NCBI GenBank assembly: GCA_965205265.1
Contig: CBDBGH010000001.1
Span: 64,001-128,000 of the forward strand
Length of the DNA stretch: 64,000 nucleotides
Direction of reading: 5' to 3'
Origin: Alphaproteobacteria bacterium
GTDB lineage: Bacteria > Pseudomonadota > Alphaproteobacteria > Bin95
A program made the position numbers and the translations under genes. Below the pieces are notes generated by a model that was not told the DNA's origin, made no database searches, and saw nothing but the letters and a program-made list of their open reading frames with translations. Below are positions 1-11,442 of this stretch, piece by piece (position 1 is the first letter of the stretch; the number at the start of each line of letters is the position of its first letter).

Positions 1-83
1 CCGAGGAGACCGTCAGGACCGCCCGATACCGGAATCCTCTGGGCCTTGCGGAACCTCTGTCAGGATGGACCCGTCATTGCCGG

Positions 84-377
84 ACACCGCCCGCGGCGGC
101 GAACTGTCAGGAAAGGTTGCGGATATATCCTGCCATGGTGTAAGAGGAATACCGGTCCGCTATGGAGGATATGATGGAGTGCGTCACTGGCCCGATGGGA
201 TCGCAGTTCCACCGCATCGACGGCATCCCCACACCGCCCGCGGCGGCGAACTGTCAGGAAAGGTTGCGGATATATCCTGCCATGGTGTAAGAGGAATACC
301 GGTCCGCTATGGAGGATATGATGGAGTGCGTCACTGGCCCGATGGGATCGCAGTTCCACCGCATCGACGGCATCCCC
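84..377 (+). repeat. Exact 147-bp tandem duplication (84-230, 231-377) covering the upstream region and first 23 codons of the Uma2 gene
   Basis: acaccgcccgcggcgg...gacggcatcccc occurs twice head-to-tail; ATG at 162 and 309 (147 apart). Confidence 0.95.
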
Positions 378-1061
378 CTGGACATGATGGGCAGACTGGC
401 CGACATGGACTGGAACCTGGCGGGACGGCGCGTGATGATCGACGCCGCCCAGGGAATCATCTGCTGGATGTCTCCCTCAAGTGTCCATGAGGACATTTCC
501 AGGGCGGCGGACAGGGTGGTGGAGCACGCCGGAACCCTGTCGGGGAAACAGGTGGTGATCAAGGGAGGCACCCGCTGGAAACGTCCCGGGGATCCGGAGG
601 GCACGGGCCTGGAGGCGGACGCGGCCTTCTATGTCGGCGGGAACGCCGATGCCTGGTTCGCCGCCGCGAAAGATGGTGACCGGGCGATCCTCGACTTCGA
701 GTCCGTCACACCGCCCGATCTCGTGGTGGAGGTCGAGGTCACCAACCTCGACCACGGCAAGCCAGACCGTTACGCGGCCCTTGGCGTTCGCGAGATGTGG
801 CAGGTGACAAGGAAGATCAGTGACACGCCGCCCATCGTCCAGATCCTTGACCTTCAGGCGGAAAGAGGCCCCACACCGACGGAGACCTCGAGGCTCCTGC
901 CCGTCCTGTCGCGGGACCGTCTCTCCGAGGCCCTGCGGATCGCGCGGATGAATCCCAGGGCGGAGACACGGGCGCGTCTCACGAAGATGCTGGCCAAGCG
1001 GCGCGGGCAGGAAACGGAGCCGGACCGCGGCGCGTCTGGGTCACCCTCACCGTTCGACTGA
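309..1061 (+). CDS. Uma2/DUF820 family putative PD-(D/E)XK endonuclease
   Basis: MSPS..HE, EADAAFY, PPDLVVEVEVT and YAALGVREMW motifs. Confidence 0.85.
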   Translation: MEDMMECVTGPMGSQFHRIDGIPLDMMGRLADMDWNLAGRRVMIDAAQGIICWMSPSSVHEDISRAADRVVEHAGTLSGKQVVIKGGTRWKRPGDPEGTGLEADAAFYVGGNADAWFAAAKDGDRAILDFESVTPPDLVVEVEVTNLDHGKPDRYAALGVREMWQVTRKISDTPPIVQILDLQAERGPTPTETSRLLPVLSRDRLSEALRIARMNPRAETRARLTKMLAKRRGQETEPDRGASGSPSPFD

Positions 1062-1233
1062 TCCGGGGAATCACCGGCATCTGCCGGAGCGGACGGATTC
1101 CACGGGGTGGATGCCGACGCAAGGCCCATGCCGAAGGGACGGTCCGCCGGGTCCACGGGGAAACGAGGCCATCGCCCTCCATCCAGAAGCGCCCGTTGCC
1201 GTGCGGAGCGTGCCCGGAACCTGTGCCTGGCCG

Positions 1234-4200
1234 TCACCCCCCGACACCCACGCCGACGGTGCGGTCCCGTCCGGGCGCGACGCCGACCGATCTCCCGATG
1301 GACCGATGCAGCGCCACCCAAGGCGCGTCCGCGGCGGGCACGACCTCGTGCAGCGACCTCACATTCAAGGCGACGGTTCCGGCGTCCGCGCCCCGCAGGA
1401 CATCCGGAACCTCGCCGTCCCGTCCGGCCGTGGCCATCGCCTTGATCTCGGAGGCCGTGAACGCGCCGTAGAGCCGCTCCGCGAGCACCGCGCGCTCCAT
1501 CCCCGGTTCGGGTGATCCGAGCGTGGCGGACAGGACATCCCGCTCCCGCCGAAGCGTCAGGACATCCATTTCCGGCCGCCCCTTTCCGAGCGCCGCCGCC
1601 ATCGCCTCCGCGGTCCGCTCCGGCCCATCCCCTTCGGCGGTCACAACCGCCGCCGCCACCAGCCGCTCCAGCGGAGTCGGGACGACCTCCCGTCCGGCGA
1701 GCCGCCGCGCGGCCTTTCCATGCCGGTCCCGCCATTCATCGACGAGCGCCGGATCGGCGTAGACGGGCTCCCCGCGGAACCTGGCCGTTTCGGCCGCGAG
1801 GGAACTCTCCTGTATCTCCTGGCTGATGGAGACACGGAGGTCGGCCTCCGCCCGCGCACGGGCGATCGTGCGGGCCATGGCGGTGATATCCGCCTCCCGC
1901 CCGGATCGTTCCCGCACGGCATCCTTCAGAAGGGCATGGATCGCGTCCTGAAGGCCGGGCCCGTGGACCGGACTGTCGGCGTCAGCCCTCCGGGTGACCG
2001 CACAGGCAAGCGGCAGCGCCAGTTCCCGGCAGTGACCCTCCGTCATGGCATCGTAGCTCCGTGAAACGGCTACGCCGGATCCGCCAGCGGGTGCCGGTCC
2101 GTCCCCGGCCCGCTCCCGCCCCTTCGCCCCGAGCGCCTGCGCCCTGCCCCGCCATGCCGCCGCCGCGCCCCTTTCCGCGGCGTAGCCCGCCACGCGCCGT
2201 CGGCGCCGGGCAGCGCCCCCGATCCCGAACATTCCGAGGGCGTCGCGGGCCACCTGCTCGTCGGATCCCTCCACCGAAGCGAGGATGCCACCGATGTCGA
2301 GACCCCGCCGCATAGGCCGCCTTCCCCTCCGCCGCCGACGTTCCCCGCTGCCGAACGGCAGGCCGTCCATGCCCCGCCCCTGCCCCGCTCCGCGGGCCTT
2401 CGGGGCGACCAGGTCATCCACCTTGCCAAGCATCCGCGCGATCTGGGCCCGCTGGCCGTAGAGCGCCAGTCCGGCGTCGAACAGGTCCGCCACCCGCCCC
2501 TCCCCGGCCGCCCGCGCCAGAAGCGCGCCGCGCGCCAGTATCCGGGCGGTCGTCATCAGCCGTCCCGAACTGTCCGTTCCGGCCGCCTCCATCGCCAGCG
2601 CGTCGGCCTGCGCGGGCAGATCCCCCGGAGCCCCCGCCAGCATACTGCGCCAGTCTCCCCGGTCGCTGAGCGAGTGGACATACCGCTCGACCCCGAGACG
2701 GTCGGCACCCGCAGGGGCGGCGCCATCCCGCAGGATCGCCGCTCCGATCACCTCCCCGAGCACCTCTCCCTCCAGCCCCGCGGCGCCGCGTCGGGAATCT
2801 CGACCGACGAAAGCCCCGCCATGGACCGCAGGCGCTCCACCGCCGCCGCAACGCGGCCGGCCGCCGGATGGTCCACCGCGGTGACGTACCCCCTCAGCGC
2901 CTCGCGTCCGGCGAGCGCCGGCGCGAATCCGTAGTCAAGGGCGCTTCGGGCGGAGGCGTCCCGACGGAGGATCCGCGACAGCACCTCAAGCTTCCGGCCT
3001 TCGGCGGCCGGGACGACCACGTTCAGGTCGGTTCCATGCAGGTTCATGGCCGACACCAGGAGCTGGCGGTTCATTCCTGGAGAGGCGAGGAGATGGACGC
3101 TCTCCGGTCGACGGCCCAGCTCGCCGTGGATCGTTCCGGCGAAGCTGAACCGCCACTCCGGCACCCTGTCGCCGGGACGCCACACGACCTCGCGCGCGGA
3201 GGCGCCCGCACCGATCTCCATCAGCAGCGCCCCGCCGTCCGTCCTGCCGACCAGCACCGCCTCCTCCCCTGCCCGGACAAAGGGGCCGCCCTGCTCGGTC
3301 CGGCCCGCGCCGCCGAGCCGCCCGTTCGCCGTCAGGAACCTGATCCTGTCGCCCGGCCGCAGGTCCTGGAAAAGCCCTTCGGTCCCGTCCACCCACGACC
3401 TGCGGTCCTCGCGTTCATGGTCCAGCCTTCTGCGGATCGCGGAGGTGAGCGCCGCGACCTCGGCACGCGACCAGGCCAGCGCCACCCTGTCCCGACTGCC
3501 GTCCCGTACATACGCCTCGGCCAGGACCTCGACCGCCTTCCGTGGGGTCGTGCCCGAGACGATGACGCCCTCGGCCTCGAGTGCTGCGAGCGCCCCTTCC
3601 GCCGCGACACCGCCCCGGGCCAGATCGGAGAGTGCCAGCGCCCGTTCCGGCGCCCTGCCGAACACCTCGTCGAGCCTGGCCGCGCCAAGGCGGACCTCAA
3701 GGGCCCGGAACACCGGTCCGGCGGCGGGCGGCGCCTGCATGCCACCGTCGACCATGGCGACCAGCCGGGCACCGCTTTCCTCCACCATCCCAAGCAGCCG
3801 CCCCGCCTGCTTTCCCGCGAGACGCCCGGCGTCATCGAGAACGATGACGGTCCGCCGGTCCAGTCTCACATGACCGGCCTCGGCCCTGTTCAGGAACGCC
3901 CGCACCGACCATGGATCGGCGATCCCGGCGTCCCGGAGCGAATCGAGGCCGGCCCCTGTCGGCGCCAGTCCGACCGCCTGCCATCCCGCCCGGCCGTAGG
4001 CGTCCAACACCGCCGCCGAGACGCGGGTCTTGCCGGTGCCGGAGTCACCCCTGACCAGCCGGAGCCGCCCCGGCGACACGGCATGGTCGAACGCCATCGA
4101 CTGCGCCTCTCCCAGCCGCGCCCGTTCGTCAGGCGTCAGCGGGGCCGCGCCGTCCGGCTGTCCGTAGGGCGCCCCGCCGAGAGCCAGCCTGACGCCCCTG

Positions 4201-7200
4201 TCGACCGCCTCGAGATCCGTCGCGATCTGGTCCCGTCCCGTGTAGACGCGGCCCTCCCCGTGCAGGCCGGTCTCCGAGAGCACCAGAAGATCCGGATGGG
4301 CCATCGCCCGCAGGAACAGCCGCAGGAACGTCTCCGGCTCCGCCACCACCCTGGCCAGACGGTCGGCGACCTCGTCGGCCCGGAGGACGGACTGTCGTTC
4401 CAGCAGGTCGTCGACGATCCGCTGTGGCTCCAGGGCGTAGTCGCGCGGATCATCCCCGACCGGCGGATCACCTTCGCTCCAGCCGGCGGAGAGCAGGCCG
4501 GCGTACCGCTCCGCCGCGCCGATGAGCGCGGTGTCGCCAAGAACGCCGGACGGCCGCCGGGCGGTGTCGTCGCCCATCCAGTCGAGCCTGGCCCCGACCC
4601 CGACGCTCTCCGCAGCCGTTCCGGAGGAGGGCCATGCACGGTCGGGAACGTCCGGGAGGCCGGTGGAGAGGTGGCCGGGCACGCTGGCCAGCCTGCGAAG
4701 GTCACCCTCGGTCTCCAGATGCCGTCGCCGACCGAACACCCTGACACTCCTGCGGTGGCGCGTGAGCGCAACATAGACCGCATGCCTGTGCAGCCGCGCA
4801 TGGCCCAGGACCAGGGCGTGGTCAACGGTGAGTCCCTGCGCCTTGTGGACCGTCGCGGCGAATCCGCGGTCGAGGTCGCGGAATTCGGAAAGGTCGATCG
4901 TGACGGTCCGCTCCATCCCGTCCATGCTGACGTCGATGGACCCCTCCCGTGTCGAGGTCACCGTTCCGAAAGCGGACCGGGGCAGTTCCAGTTCCCTGTG
5001 CGGACGCGTCAGCATGATCCGGTCACCCACACCCAGATCCAGCGCGACCGGGGTTCTCCGGGGCGCCGTGCCCGACCGGTCGATCCGGTCGATCGACCCG
5101 TAGCTGCGGACCGTGTCGCGGTCGATCACGCCGCGCCGGAGCGCCTCGGCGCGGATCCTGTCGTTGAGCGCCCAGACATCCCGGTTCGAGTATCCCATCG
5201 CGATGCGGCTCTCATCCACCCCGCCCCCTTCGAAATACTCCGCCGCCAGCGCCGCCACGGGATCGGAAAGCACCCGTCCATCCAGACGCAGCGCACCCTG
5301 TCCCGCGTAGTGGCCGATGGCCAGTCCGGCCTCCGGACCGCCCTCCGCCAGCCGCCCGCTCGCGATGCGGTCGCCCGTGCCCTCCTGCCGCACGACCTGG
5401 CTGACGGTCACCGATGGCCCCGCCCCGCGCTCGGCCGGATGCCAGCCCGCGATCTCGGCGACGGGCTGCAGCTGCTCGGGGTCGCCCACGGCGACCAGCT
5501 TGCCACCCAGTTCGGCGATCCGGTCCTGGATGCGCAGCCACTGGGCGGCACCGACCATGCCGGCCTCGTCCATGAAGACGACGAACCGGCCCGGCGGAGG
5601 CAGGTCGCCCCTCGCCCAGCGGGCCTCCCACGCCGCCAGCGTGGCGGCCTTCATGCCCCGCACGCCGCCGAGTTCCTGGACGGCCTTGCCCGCCAGGGCG
5701 GTTCCCATCACCTCGAAGCCCCGCGACCGCCAGACCCGCGCCGCCTCGGCGACCGCGAAGGTCTTGCCCACCCCCGCGTGGCCCTGCACCATCGTCAGCC
5801 GGGACGGCGAGAGCATCGCCGCCGCCGCGGCCCGCTGTCCGGCATTGAGGTTCCCCGAAAGGGCCCCGGCTCCCGGCAGGGCCGGATCCAGATCCAGAAC
5901 CGACCCGGCGAGATCGCGCGCAGCGGCGGCGAGGCTCTGTTCGGCGGCGGCACGGGCCGCCGTGACATACTGCGGGGGCCCGTCCGGTGTCGTACGCTCC
6001 AGCTCGATGAGTTCCGGATGCGCCATCGCCCGGTCGCCAAGCTCCAGTATCCGGTCCCGCTCCAGCGACCCGCCGAGCCGGACTTCCAACGCCCCCCGGA
6101 CGTCCGCTTCCGTGAAGACGGCCTTCTGGCTCTGGACGACGATCAGGATGTGTTCCGGACTGTCGGCGAGGAACCGCCGGTTGCGCTCCCTGACCTCGGC
6201 GGTCCTGTCGCTCTCCCGCGCCTCGCCGTCTCCGGCCCGGGCATGGGCGGCGATGTATGGATTGTGGGACTCCGGCTCCAGCAGGAGCCCCCGGTCCCGG
6301 TTCGACCGGTGGTCGACCCGCTCCACGAAACCCTCGCGGGCCAGCGCCACGTTGACATGCGCCGCCCACGCCTCCCGCCACTCCTGGAGAAGGGATCGGG
6401 AATTCCAGGCCCGGACCTTCGCGCCCCATCCATCGTCGCCCAGCCCCCTGAGCGTCAGCATGACGTGCGCATGGGGATTGCCGTCGCCCTTGTCGTGGAT
6501 GACCCAGTCGGCGACCATGCCCCGCCCCGTGAACGCCTCGGCCACGAAGTCCCGCATCAGCCCGATCTGCGAACCGCGGCCGAGTTCGCCGGGAAGCGCG
6601 ATGGTCAGGGAGCGCGCGAGCTGCGCCGTCCGGAATTTCGTGTTGACCGCACGTTCCCTGTCCTGAACCCCGTTCCAGAGCCGTTCGGAGAGCTTCGCCC
6701 AGACGGCCCTTTCCACCGCATCACCCGCGACGGCGGTCCCGTCGCCTCCGGGCGGCGGCGGTGCGGGAAGACGATCGATCTCCATCCCGATGGCCCGGGC
6801 ATGCGGTGTGCGCACCGCCCAGTCCGGCGCTCTCTCCAGAAGCCTGCCAAGCCCGGCCCTCACCGCCTCGGCCGACACGGATCCGCTGACGTCCTCGCCG
6901 GTGGCGGTCAGCGTCGCTTCCAGCGCGTTCGGCCCGAAGTGCTCCCTCGCCCAGTGAGGTCCGGTACCGGTGGCGTCGTCCAGGACATCCATCACCGCGG
7001 CGTAGGCGTCCGCCGTTCCGCCATCCGGTCCGTTTCCATCCGGCGACATCTCAAGGGCCGCGGCCTCGAACGCGCTGGTCCCGAACGCGGTCTCCGCCCA
7101 GGCCGGGGCGCCGTCCGGCAGCGCGATTTCCGAATGGATCAGCTCGCCCGCCTTGACGGAGTGGTTGAGGGTCCGGGCGTCCTGCTCGGACCGCATGACG

Positions 7201-7286
7201 GCGGCGTGGCGGTAGGCGGCGGACGCCACAGCGCTCCCGCCCGTGCCCCGCGAGATGATTCCGACTGACAGCCTGAAGATCGCCAT
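1234..7286 (-). CDS. traA: TraA-type MOBQ relaxase with two RecD-like helicase domains and a long C-terminal region; split by a 1-nt frameshift near 2776 (ORFs 2748-7286 and 1234-2763)
   Basis: MAIFRLS...SAVASAAYR, NPHAHVML, RVDHRS; Walker A GHAGVGKT and GDSGTGKT; DEAGMV; ATVHKAQGLTVD. One extra G in the G4 run near 2776 joins the two frames (RG-LEGEVLGEVI). Confidence 0.9.
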
Positions 7287-7305
7287 GGCGCCATTCTACA
7301 GGCCG

Positions 7306-7341
7306 CATCAAACTTTGCAAGTTTGATGTATAAGCGTGCCT
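7306..7341 (+). other. Putative MOBQ-type oriT
   Basis: Perfect 10-bp inverted repeat CATCAAACTT-tgc-AAGTTTGATG followed by TATAAGCGTGCC (resembles the RSF1010/Ti nic region TAAGTGCGCCCT), about 20 bp upstream of the traA start. Confidence 0.65.
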
Positions 7342-7425
7342 GAACCGGAATCCGTCGGCTGCGCGCGCCGGATTCCGGATTCCGCGCCGCCAGCGCGGAT
7401 ATGGCGGCTGGCGCTTCTCCGCACG

Positions 7426-7515
7426 AAATGCGAAAGATCTGAATCATGTGAATGATATGCATGAGTCGAATCATATGAATGTTGTGAATGAGTCGAATGA
7501 TTCACGACATTCGAC
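7426..7515. promoter_or_regulatory. AT-rich array of YGAAT repeats; partly duplicated in inverted form at 11259-11321
   Basis: tgaatcatg, tgaatgata, cgaatcata, tgaatgttg, tgaatgagt, cgaatgatt at about 9-10 bp spacing. Confidence 0.6.
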
Positions 7516-7538
7516 TTCGCCGACCGAAGGAGTGAAGG

Positions 7539-7763
7539 ATGCGCGAAATTCCCCTGTCAGACATCCACCGCCGAGCAGGTGACGTCCTCGAGATCGCCGA
7601 GGCCGGACCCGTGGCGCTCACACGCTACAGCCGCGCCCGCTTCGTCCTGATGAGTGCCGATCACTACGAAACCCTCGGCAGTGCCGACGATGCAACGGAC
7701 GTGACTGCCGTGGCGGAAGTCCCGAAGGAGGCGGAGGTACCCGCCCAGCCTACCCTTCTCTGA
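7539..7763 (+). CDS. Orphan Phd/YefM-like antitoxin or DNA-binding protein
   Basis: SDIHRRAGDVLEIAEAGPVALTRYSRARFVLMS matches the Phd N-terminal fold; RBS aaggag; no toxin downstream. Confidence 0.7.
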   Translation: MREIPLSDIHRRAGDVLEIAEAGPVALTRYSRARFVLMSADHYETLGSADDATDVTAVAEVPKEAEVPAQPTLL

Positions 7764-7944
7764 CGGCCTGCCGGATTCCGCCCATCGGCACCGAAGCGGG
7801 ACCTTCGGAAGTTCCGTTCGCAGTCATTGATGCGGTGAGTCTAATGTGCTGGCGGTTTCGCGGATCTGATGGCTCAGGCGCGGATCTTTGGATTTCCGGC
7901 GCTGTTCGGGCGAGTGGTCACGTCGGAGACGCCAGGAGGCATCG

Positions 7945-8733
7945 CTAGTCCCGGTAGTTCCGAACCGCGTCGTCATCCAGCCTGTCGTGGGGTACGAGGC
8001 GGTAATGGCGCTCTTCAGCAACCCTGACCTCATCATTCTGGAGCGTGAGTTCGAAAAGCGCGATCACCTGATCCTTCATGAACTGCGCCGCCACCGCCCT
8101 GACCATCATTCCCGGGAATCTCTGCTCGGCGAAACGGAGATCCTGCGTGGTCTGGACAATGCCGATCTGGTCCTTTCCACCCTTGACCTGAACAGGAATG
8201 ACGTAGTGGCATCCACGCCTGTCGAGTCCGACATAGAGTTCGTCTATCTCGATCTGGCCCACCCCTCTCACAGTGGTTCGCAGATGGTTCTGGAGACTGT
8301 AGACCGTCAGTCCGAGAAAGGTGTCAATCAGCCGGTTGTACCGCACGACGGCCAGCAGCGCCTGCTCATCGTCAAGCGCATACTTGCGGATCATCTCCGG
8401 CGTCGCGTCCGGAATGTCGGCAACCGTGAGATCATCCCGCGGCAGGATCCGGGTTTCCCTGACCAGCCTGAATCGATACCGTCCCTTGCCCGCCCCCTCG
8501 ATCACCCATTCGCGTCCCTGCGGCTGGGTGTCCAGGATACTCTCCGGTAGCCTGTTGCGATACCGGAAGGAGTATGGCACATCGCCGACGTTCCTGACCC
8601 GCTCGAACCCGAGCGCGGCCGCGCCTTCCTCCAGTTCCTCCCGTACAACCTCGAATTCGGTCGTTCCATCGGCGTAGTGATCAAAGAATATCTTCTCGAT
8701 CAGAGCCTGATAGCGGTTTGGTCCCCTAGCCAT
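7945..8733 (-). CDS. Putative type II restriction endonuclease (PD-(D/E)XK-like)
   Basis: Intact 262-aa ORF just downstream of a C5 MTase; GQIEIDELYVG...PVQVKGG motif. Confidence 0.65.
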   Translation of the reverse strand: MARGPNRYQALIEKIFFDHYADGTTEFEVVREELEEGAAALGFERVRNVGDVPYSFRYRNRLPESILDTQPQGREWVIEGAGKGRYRFRLVRETRILPRDDLTVADIPDATPEMIRKYALDDEQALLAVVRYNRLIDTFLGLTVYSLQNHLRTTVRGVGQIEIDELYVGLDRRGCHYVIPVQVKGGKDQIGIVQTTQDLRFAEQRFPGMMVRAVAAQFMKDQVIALFELTLQNDEVRVAEERHYRLVPHDRLDDDAVRNYRD

Positions 8734-8761
8734 GGGCCACCAGATGCCCGTCCATCTCGCG

Positions 8762-10057
8762 CTAAATGTCGATTTGTCTGCGCTTACGGACCCCGCTTTT
8801 CCTGTCCCGGCAGCCGGGAGGCGGCTTTACACCGAAGTGCCGAGAGGCAGCGGAACGGTCGAAGGTCAGGAATGCCGGATCTCCCAGAACCACGCCTTGC
8901 TGCGGACGGGGCGGTGTCAGGCCAAGGGCATCCACTATGCTTCCGGCCAGCGCTCGCACGAGTGGAGGTGGAACGGCGTTTCCGACCTGCCGTGCACCAT
9001 GCCACTTGGTGACGTGCAGACGGAACCAGTCGGGAAATCCGTGCAGGCGCGCCATCTCACGAACCGTGATGCAGCGGGCGTGGCGGTAGTGAATCGGCCG
9101 TGGACTGGTGAAGGCGCCGCGCGCGCCGTCCGTACCTGCCCGCAGTGTGTTGGACACGCCATCCTGCGGAAGCCTGAAGAACCGGCTGATCGGTTCAACG
9201 GTGCCCGGTACCGTCATGCCGAAGCGCCGCCTTGAAATCTCGGTATGCTCCGTGCGGGCACTTGACGTGAGGAGTGTCGGCGTCCATTCGCGAACATACC
9301 CACTGAACCAGGCGTCACCCGGTATGCATCGCAGGGTTGCGGCGTAAGCCGACGGATCGCCGTAAGACGTGGTCGACACCGAATCCGATACCAGCAGGGT
9401 ACGGAAACGCTCTGCATCGGGCAGGTCTGCCAGTGCGTCAGCGCAGCTTGGCCCGTCAGGCAGATTCCCGTAGGTCCTGGGTCTGCCTCTGATGTTGGTG
9501 GTCGGATCGGGATATTCAGGTAGAGGCGTTCCGTTCCTCGCACCGACAAGGATCAGGCGTTCGCGGTTCTGGGGTGTGCCGTAATGTCCGGCGTTCAGAA
9601 CGCGCCACGGGGTGCGCACCCGGTAGCCGACCTCCGAGAATGCCGTCACCAGCTCATCAAGAATCTATCTATGTCTACCGACCGTAAGGCCCTTGACGTT
9701 CTCGAAAACGAAAGTCCGTATGCCGAGTTCCGAAACGATGCGTACGAAGTCCCGGACCAGTCGGTTGCGGGGATCGTCGAGCACGCGCTGGCCGATCAGC
9801 GAGAATCCCTGGCACGGTGCCCCGCCGAAGACACAGTCCACTTCCCTGTCTCCGATCCCTGCCATCATGCGGATGTCGTCACCACTCAGCTTCTCCACTG
9901 AATGTGGCACGGTAACCGTGTCGGGAAAATTGAATTTATGTACGGCACAGTGCACCGGGTCGATCTCGACAGCGGCGCGGACATCGAACCCCGCCTGCTC
10001 GAATCCCAGGCTCAGCCCACCGACTCCGGAGAAAAGATCTATGCCGGTTGGCCTCAT
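8762..10057 (-). pseudogene. DNA (cytosine-5) methyltransferase with an in-frame TAG at 9665-9667
   Basis: DLFSGVGG, GAPCQGFS, ENV, QNRER, RLHGFPD, QVGNAVPP; the two ORFs share a frame (GRHR*ILDELVTA). Confidence 0.9.
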
Positions 10058-10408
10058 GACGCCATGTCTCCGTCCCTGCTGAGGCTGGCGTTATCACGAA
10101 CACATTTCGTATGTCAAACCATTGCGTACCCTAAATGTGGCTTTGCCGAAGATGGGCATCCGAACCACCCCCTCGCTGGTTCCACACCACGGGAGTGCCG
10201 GTCCCTCCCGGAATTACGGAAGCCCCGGGACTCATATATTATCCTTTCGTCTCGTCTTGAGGAGTTCCGTACACTACGGAAACCTCGGCATATGCACCTG
10301 AACAACTGAGGGGAAGGGCGGGGATGCGGAAGGGTCCCGGAGATTTCAGTGGTTCGGCTGCTGCCCTGATGGCTGGCATCAGTCGGCGCTGCAGCTCGGT
10401 TGCCGCAA

Positions 10409-11032
10409 TCAGACGAATGGGACGATGTCCAGCAGCCATCTTGCTGAGTCAGCGGCCAGATCCCCCATGAGAGCGAGGACTGGCTGCAGCCCATGTCTTG
10501 CAAGTATCCCTGTGAGGACGAACGCGCCAAGCGTCCCGTAGGCGATGGCGGCTGCTGCGATAGCTTTCCTGAGACCTCCCGGGCGTCGGTTGGCCATGTG
10601 TTCCATATTTCTCAGGCCCAGCTGCACTTCCTGCGTCAGTCCCTCGATCGCTTTGCGGAGGCTGACCAGCTCGCTGTCGCCTTCCGGGCGGCTGCGTTTC
10701 TGAGCATCGGGGGCGGGGCCGGAAGCGGAGACTGGACCGCCATCCCTGGAAGTGGACAGATCACCGGACGGTGACGGTCTCTCATTCGTCGGCACCTGGT
10801 GACCGTCGGCCATGAACAGGACCGTCGCACGATCAAGCAGCCTCTTCGGCGGCGCGGTCCGGCCACGCTCAACTGCCGAGATCGTGCATCTTGACACCTC
10901 AAGCGCCGTCGCGAACTCCGCCTGGGTCATTCCGGCTGCCAGTCTGATCCGTCTGATATCGCCGCCCGGGTTCGCTACAGCTACGCTCAATGGATACCTC
11001 CGATCCCGCCAGTTATGGGCGATGCGGCCCAT
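10409..11032 (-). CDS. XRE-family HTH protein with a C-terminal coiled coil and hydrophobic (possible TM) segment; start uncertain
   Basis: IRRIRLAAGMTQAEFATALEVSRCTISAVERG; AIAAAAIAYGTLGAFVLTGILA. Confidence 0.7.
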   Translation of the reverse strand: MGRIAHNWRDRRYPLSVAVANPGGDIRRIRLAAGMTQAEFATALEVSRCTISAVERGRTAPPKRLLDRATVLFMADGHQVPTNERPSPSGDLSTSRDGGPVSASGPAPDAQKRSRPEGDSELVSLRKAIEGLTQEVQLGLRNMEHMANRRPGGLRKAIAAAAIAYGTLGAFVLTGILARHGLQPVLALMGDLAADSARWLLDIVPFV

Positions 11033-11047
11033 GGTGACTGCCACGGA

Positions 11048-11178
11048 ATGTAGCACGGTGTAGAATCGCATTCTACATGTAGAATTCATTTGAAAACAGC
11101 GTCTTGGTCAAGCGCTTTGCCGTCTGGTTCCACATCGTTCTACATCATTCTACATGGGATTCTACATCGTGCTACATC
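11048..11178. promoter_or_regulatory. Operator-like TCTACAT/ATGTAGA repeat array
   Basis: Perfect palindrome ATTCTACATGTAGAAT at 11070-11085, plus five phased copies at 11128, 11138, 11148, 11160 and 11170. Confidence 0.65.
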
Positions 11179-11258
11179 TGGCGCACCACGCTGTGGCAAC
11201 GAATCCACCTTGGCATGTGCCCTGCGGCGGGGCCGGTCGGGTCGGCGAATTCGAGTGT

Positions 11259-11321
11259 TGTGAATCATATGAATCATTCGACTCATGTATATCATTCACA
11301 TGATTCAGATCTTTTGCATTC
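11259..11321. repeat. Inverted copy of the traA-upstream GAAT element
   Basis: ttcgactcatg(t/c)atatcattcacatgattcagatcttt(t/c)gcatt matches the reverse complement of about 7427-7470. Confidence 0.8.
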
Positions 11322-11442
11322 CGGGCCAGAAAGCCACAGGTTATCAGACCCGCCGCGCGGCGCCCCGAGTGGGGATTGCCCGAAGATACAGCAGATGCTA
11401 GGATTTAGGCCGAATCCACAGTCCGATAGGAGGGAAGAGGTT

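Noticed and set aside
2748-2790. Programmed frameshift in traA
   Set aside because: No slippery heptamer; a 1-nt indel in a G run is better explained by mutation or sequencing error
2868-7268. 1466-aa plus-strand ORF (also 58979-62134, 28032-29336, 36114-37484 and similar)
   Set aside because: Antisense shadows of real GC-rich genes with no recognisable motifs
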